Below, piece after piece: positions 63,437 to 64,000 of a stretch of DNA of 64,000 bases; position 1 is the stretch's first letter, and every line of letters starts with the position of its first letter. The stretch covers positions 2,165 through 66,164 of the forward strand of contig JBKHHD010000005.1 in assembly GCA_046539325.1 (NCBI GenBank). The letters run 5' to 3'. The notes beneath the pieces were generated by a model that saw only the letters and a list, made by a program, of their open reading frames with translations, was not told the DNA's origin and made no database searches. The translations under genes and the position numbers were made by a program. The DNA is from Candidatus Aenigmatarchaeota archaeon. Its GTDB lineage: Archaea > Aenigmatarchaeota > Aenigmatarchaeia > PWEA01.

Positions 63437-64000
63437 ATGTTGGAGTTACTGGCTCAGTTCTTCGGCAACGGAGACTGGTGGACAAGAATTCTCTGGTTTG
63501 GACTAATCATATCTTTCTTCATGTTTTACCCCAAGCTCATGATCTACCAGCTTGTTCAGAAACTCAAGCAGAAGGTAGAGGAGTTTGAAAGGCTCTCCGA
63601 GGAATCCAGAGAGGAGCTTGTTGAACTTCTTGGGAAGAGAAGTGAGCTTTCGTCGAATAAGCTGAAGGAGAACTTTGATCGGGTAGTGGATCTCTTTACG
63701 GTCCCGCCGGAACAGACAGATCCTTCGGGAGTCATGAAGAAGATAAAACAGATGTATGATATACACGACGAGAGGTATAGACAGTTTATAGGTGAGATCT
63801 CTGAGGTCGAGGGTGGAGAGAAGAAGAGCTTCGCCGCAGCTACCGTTCACGCGACAGCCGTTCAGCAGATAGCCAAGGTTGTGAGACATATGCTTGAGCT
63901 TGTTAAGGAGACGAAGAACCTTCAGATAGGAATGCTATTGAAGATGCAGATGCCCTTCATAGAGAAGCAGATAAAGATGCTTAGGGAAAGCATTTCATGC
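63437..64000 (+). CDS. N-terminally membrane-anchored hypothetical protein, 3' end outside window
   Basis: ATG 63437, frame open to the window end (188 codons, hand-checked). N-terminal TM (WWTRILWFGLIISFFMFYP) then a charged helical region. Not in the ORF track because no stop is reached; the antisense ORF 63503..63889 is rejected. Confidence 0.45.
   Translation, partial: MLELLAQFFGNGDWWTRILWFGLIISFFMFYPKLMIYQLVQKLKQKVEEFERLSEESREELVELLGKRSELSSNKLKENFDRVVDLFTVPPEQTDPSGVMKKIKQMYDIHDERYRQFIGEISEVEGGEKKSFAAATVHATAVQQIAKVVRHMLELVKETKNLQIGMLLKMQMPFIEKQIKMLRESISC

Noticed and set aside
63503-63889. Minus-strand 128 aa ORF
   Set aside because: Antisense to an uninterrupted plus-strand frame (63437 to window end) that has a proper ATG and coherent TM-plus-helical composition.
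1-64000. CRISPR arrays, rRNA genes, IS elements, integrases
   Set aside because: No direct-repeat/spacer periodicity, no rRNA-like conserved stretches, and no transposase or integrase-like ORFs were seen. The only Cas-like gene is the solo Cas4-like nuclease.

Overview
This 64 kb window reads as a gene-dense archaeal chromosome segment. Archaeal hallmarks include Alba, an HMf-type histone, aIF5A, diphthine synthase, FEN1, Elp3, form III RuBisCO with AMP phosphorylase and ribose-1,5-bisphosphate isomerase, and an initiator tRNA with an A1:U72 pair. Many proteins are very acidic (D/E-rich), which suggests a halophilic, possibly DPANN or nanohaloarchaeon-like, organism; that is an inference.

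The dominant feature is an ~18 kb minus-strand locus (18507..36561). It encodes a FlaI/PilB-family secretion ATPase, a FlaJ/TadC-like polytopic platform protein and about twenty proteins carrying class III (prepilin-type) signal peptides. These include three 48-57 aa mini-pilins, three tandem Cys-rich paralogs that share a conserved 'YYWEVDEEY' motif near the C-terminus, and two large GLUG-repeat proteins. Two locus promoters share a ~30 nt upstream motif. The locus abuts a tRNA-like element that appears to carry two non-canonical introns.

Other content:
- The AMP salvage operon deoA-rbcL-e2b2, with a small membrane ORF between rbcL and deoA.
- A tandem array of five paralogous 4-TM membrane proteins plus two acidic proteins.
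- Repair and translation housekeeping genes: Ogg-type glycosylases, RNase HI and HII, PIMT, AspRS, Trm5-like, TrmJ and HemK-like methyltransferases.
- A ferredoxin-GGR pair.
- An aIF5A / RHH-regulator / agmatinase trio.
- An orphan Cas4-like nuclease.
- One GC-rich intergenic candidate structured RNA.

I saw no rRNA, CRISPR array, transposase or integrase.
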